A stretch of DNA of 64,000 bases, from positions 26,337,324-26,401,323 of the forward strand of contig CM119267.1 in assembly GCA_051294375.1 (NCBI GenBank), in the 5' to 3' direction. The position numbers and the translations under genes were made by a program. The notes under the pieces were generated by a model. It saw nothing but the letters and a program-made list of their open reading frames with translations, was not told where the DNA came from and ran no database searches. How positions within the stretch are numbered: position 1 is the stretch's first letter; every line of letters begins with the position of its first letter. Source of the DNA: Paraspadella gotoi. Lineage: Eukaryota; Animalia; Chaetognatha. This document shows positions 61,205-64,000 of this stretch, piece after piece.

Positions 61205-64000
61205 TCTGTAATTCTGAATGGAATTATGATTCTTATCGAAACCCCCCCCACATTAGCCTCTTTGTCTCCCCAAAAGGCGAGACACGCGCTGTGACCAGAC
61301 ATGTGAAACAGAAAACAAAGTCAAACGAAAAAATACTCTCCCGCCTCAGCGGCAAGCAGAAGCTGCTGCAGGGCCGCAGTCCCGACGCTGCATCACTCTG
61401 TCGAAGGCTGCTGAGCCGGGGACGCGGTCACTAGTCCGAGAAAACGCCAAACGAAGCGCCCCCATGAGACGTCCCTGCAGTAAAACCGGAAGAAGGTCTG
61501 ATCTCCGGACCAGTCTCCGGCCCTGAGAATGACGCCGAGATCGACGCCGCGGCGAAGGCTTCCGAGACCGCCATGGGCACGAGTGACTCTGGCGGAAGCG
61601 TCGACATTCGCCTCCAAAAAGAGCGCCTTTGGATCGCCGCAAACCGTTGAGGCGAAAACGGAGTAAAGGCGGCGAAGAGGGCGCAGAAAAGGAAACGTGA
61701 GACGGCGCTAAACATTCGCGGACTCGAAGCCACTCCCTCAGAGCCGCAATGGGGCAACGCGATGACGCCGGGCAGGGCGTCCACCCTGAGGACGGGCCCA
61801 TGTGCCCAACGCGATCTGTCTTGGAAAGCTTGGACGAAACAAAACGCCATGATCCGCGGCGAGCGAGCAGTGGGCTTGATCACACTTGAGCGAAACTATC
61901 TCCGACGGCCTCCTGGCCGAAGCGAGTGCCAAAAGAAAAAGAGAAGCGCCGAAGGAACCGTGAGCGGGAAGACCGGCGGAGGGCGACGACTCCAAAACGC
62001 GTAGAACCAACGCCGCATCCCACGGAGGAAAATCCGCGAGTAGGGGGACTCCGCTCGAAGGTCCCCTTGAGAAACGTCGAACGAGGGGGTGTTCCCCCAC
62101 GAGTACGAACCCTGTGCGGCAAGGTGGCCGAAATCGCTGAGCGGTGAAGGGTTCACCGTGCTGTACGACAAGCCTAACCAACGAGATGGGCTAGGTACTC
62201 CCGAACATCCTTCAGAGACGCATTCAAGTCTCGAACTTCCTTACATTGAAGGAAAGACAAGGAAGGAGGTCACAGGCTTCCAGAGCGTAACGATCTCGCG
62301 TCGAGCTCTCAGCTGTGAGCGATGATGTCGAAGGCCTGGAGTCGCTGAGGTCGTCTGAGGTCGTTCGCCGCCGAAAATCTGCCAAAGACCAGCTTGAGAC
62401 CGGTCGGCTGTGCGGCGGCGGAGATCCTGTGCTGAGGTCGATGACGGACGTCCTCCGGGAACCGGAAGGCTCGAGCCTCCAGAATCTTCAGGTTCAACAA
62501 CGACGGGAACCACTTCTGGCTGGCCAGAAAGGGGCGATCAAGCAGGAAGATCCCGACGACTCCTCCAGCTTCGGATGAGCTCGGGAGGAGAGGTGGTGGA
62601 GGAAAGAGAAATGCCGATCGAAGATCCAAATCTGGGCGAGGGCGTCCACACCCTCCGTTGGCGCCTCCGCCTATCGAGAAGAAACGGCAGCCTGCGTCGA
62701 GTCTTCGTCGCAAAAAGATCGATGGAGGGAGTGCCGAAGGTCTCGCAGATCTGACCGGAAGATCCGTGGAAGGAGATGCCAATCGCAACTAGCGTCCCTC
62801 GACGCCCGATCTCGTTCACCAAGTCTCCTTCTGACGACAGGTGACTCCCGGGTGATACGGATCCCCAGGGTATGGGCGATCAGCAGAGACTCGCCGGACA
62901 ACCTCGTGTAGCTCCGTCGAACGGCTGCACGTGCGCTGGAGACAGAGCAACGACACCAGACTGTCGGCATTGATATGGGTGATGGACATCTGCAGCCTCC
63001 CAGGCACCTCCCCTGGTGAGCTCTCCCTGGAAAGGATGCCCCAACCTCCTGCGAGGCATCCGTCGTCAACTACGTGGGCGCAATCTTCTGGAGCAAGATC
63101 GTCCACGGACGCGACGGCAGTCCTCCAGGCGAAGCGACTGACACCACTCTAGCTCCTCCCGCGCTGAAGCGTCTAACAGCGTTGGCGATCGAGATCCTTC
63201 TCGGAGTGGTAGACCGGTTGACGTTCCTTTGAATCCGGGCGGAAGTGGCAACAGGAGAAGCGGAACTGCGAGCGTGGCCGCCGTGGCGTGTCCGAGAAAC
63301 TGAAAGGACTAAACGCGCCGGCGGGAGAGACGACGAGAGGAGTGAAGTCGCTAAACTCCGGATCGATTCAACTTGGGCGGCGGAAGCGAGATCTGATGAA
63401 GCTGCCGTCCCAATGAAAACCGAGGAATCGAGAGGACTGATAGGGAGTCAGGCTCGACTTCTCCCGGTGGAGAAAGAAACCGCCTCCAAGAGCAGATTGG
63501 ACCGCTTCAACGTCGCTTGGTGACACTCCTCCTTCGATGAGCCAGGATGAGAGGATGTCGTCGATATATAAGAGAGACAACGAATGCCTCTCTGCCTCAG
63601 CCATTGAACATAGCGGGCGCATTGTCTTCGTGAAGAGCCACGGGCCGTCGCCAAAACCGAAGGGAAGAACCTTGTACTGGAGGATCCACCCTTCAAATGA
63701 ATCGACAAAACTTCGATGCCTCCTCGTGAAGCGGGAGGGGGAGATAAGCGTCGCGTAGGTCGATTGAGGCGGCCAATCTCCCCGTCGAAACATTCTCCTG
63801 ATGTCCTTGACCCTTCCAAGCGGAAATACGGAAGGTGAAGAAAAGCGCGGCTCGTTGAGAACGCTTCAGGTTGAGAATGGGCCTCCACCTCCATCCTTCT
63901 TCGGTCAAAAGAAGATCCTGGAGTAAAAAACCCGGAGAGGCTCTACCTCCTCGATCGCACCCTTCTCCAAGGCGGCGGAGATTTCCGCTTCGACTGGCGT
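61205..64000 (-). mobile_element. Second DIRS1-like element (runs off the window), in the last CPOX intron
   Basis: Same terminus (taattctgaatggaattatgattcttatcgaaaccccc). RT (RPILNL, IDLRDAY, YKVLPFG, PWLFTK, YIDD), RNase H (TTDASQE), MTase-like (IDLFAT, FPPP, QKWF), YR (LFLLALASARRPSEI, CPIAALREWL). Many single-base frameshifts. Confidence 0.92.

Overview
AT-rich, repeat-dense eukaryotic (most likely invertebrate animal) draft-assembly window with several N gaps and stretches that look like noisy long-read consensus. Host genes are all on the minus strand: (1) the last exon of coproporphyrinogen III oxidase (CPOX, 60369-60556; absent from the ORF track); (2) starting only 354 nt downstream, a 7-exon, ~41-kb gene (60014->18914) that I assembled by hand with all splice phases consistent, encoding a 776-aa protein with eight matrin/U1-type (zf-met/JAZ-like) C2H2 fingers and an RGG tail, including one GC-AG intron; (3) a probable first exon of an Abraxas/ABRO1-like MPN- gene (13.7 kb). 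Mobile DNA: an intact CsRn1-type Ty3/Gypsy element (LTR, PBS, CHCC gag, -1 frameshift signal, pol), two degenerate DIRS1-like tyrosine-recombinase retroelements with a methyltransferase-like domain, an intron-containing hAT-like DDE transposase in two partial copies, a Tc1 remnant, hAT-type and other MITEs, tRNA-derived SINE-like units, two Helentron/HINE-like families that carry an 18-bp satellite, and a TTAGGG-rich repeat. The strongest candidate for something new is the CPOX/zinc-finger arrangement, which resembles a trans-spliced eukaryotic operon, together with the zinc-finger protein itself. All family assignments come from motif recognition by eye; no searches were run.
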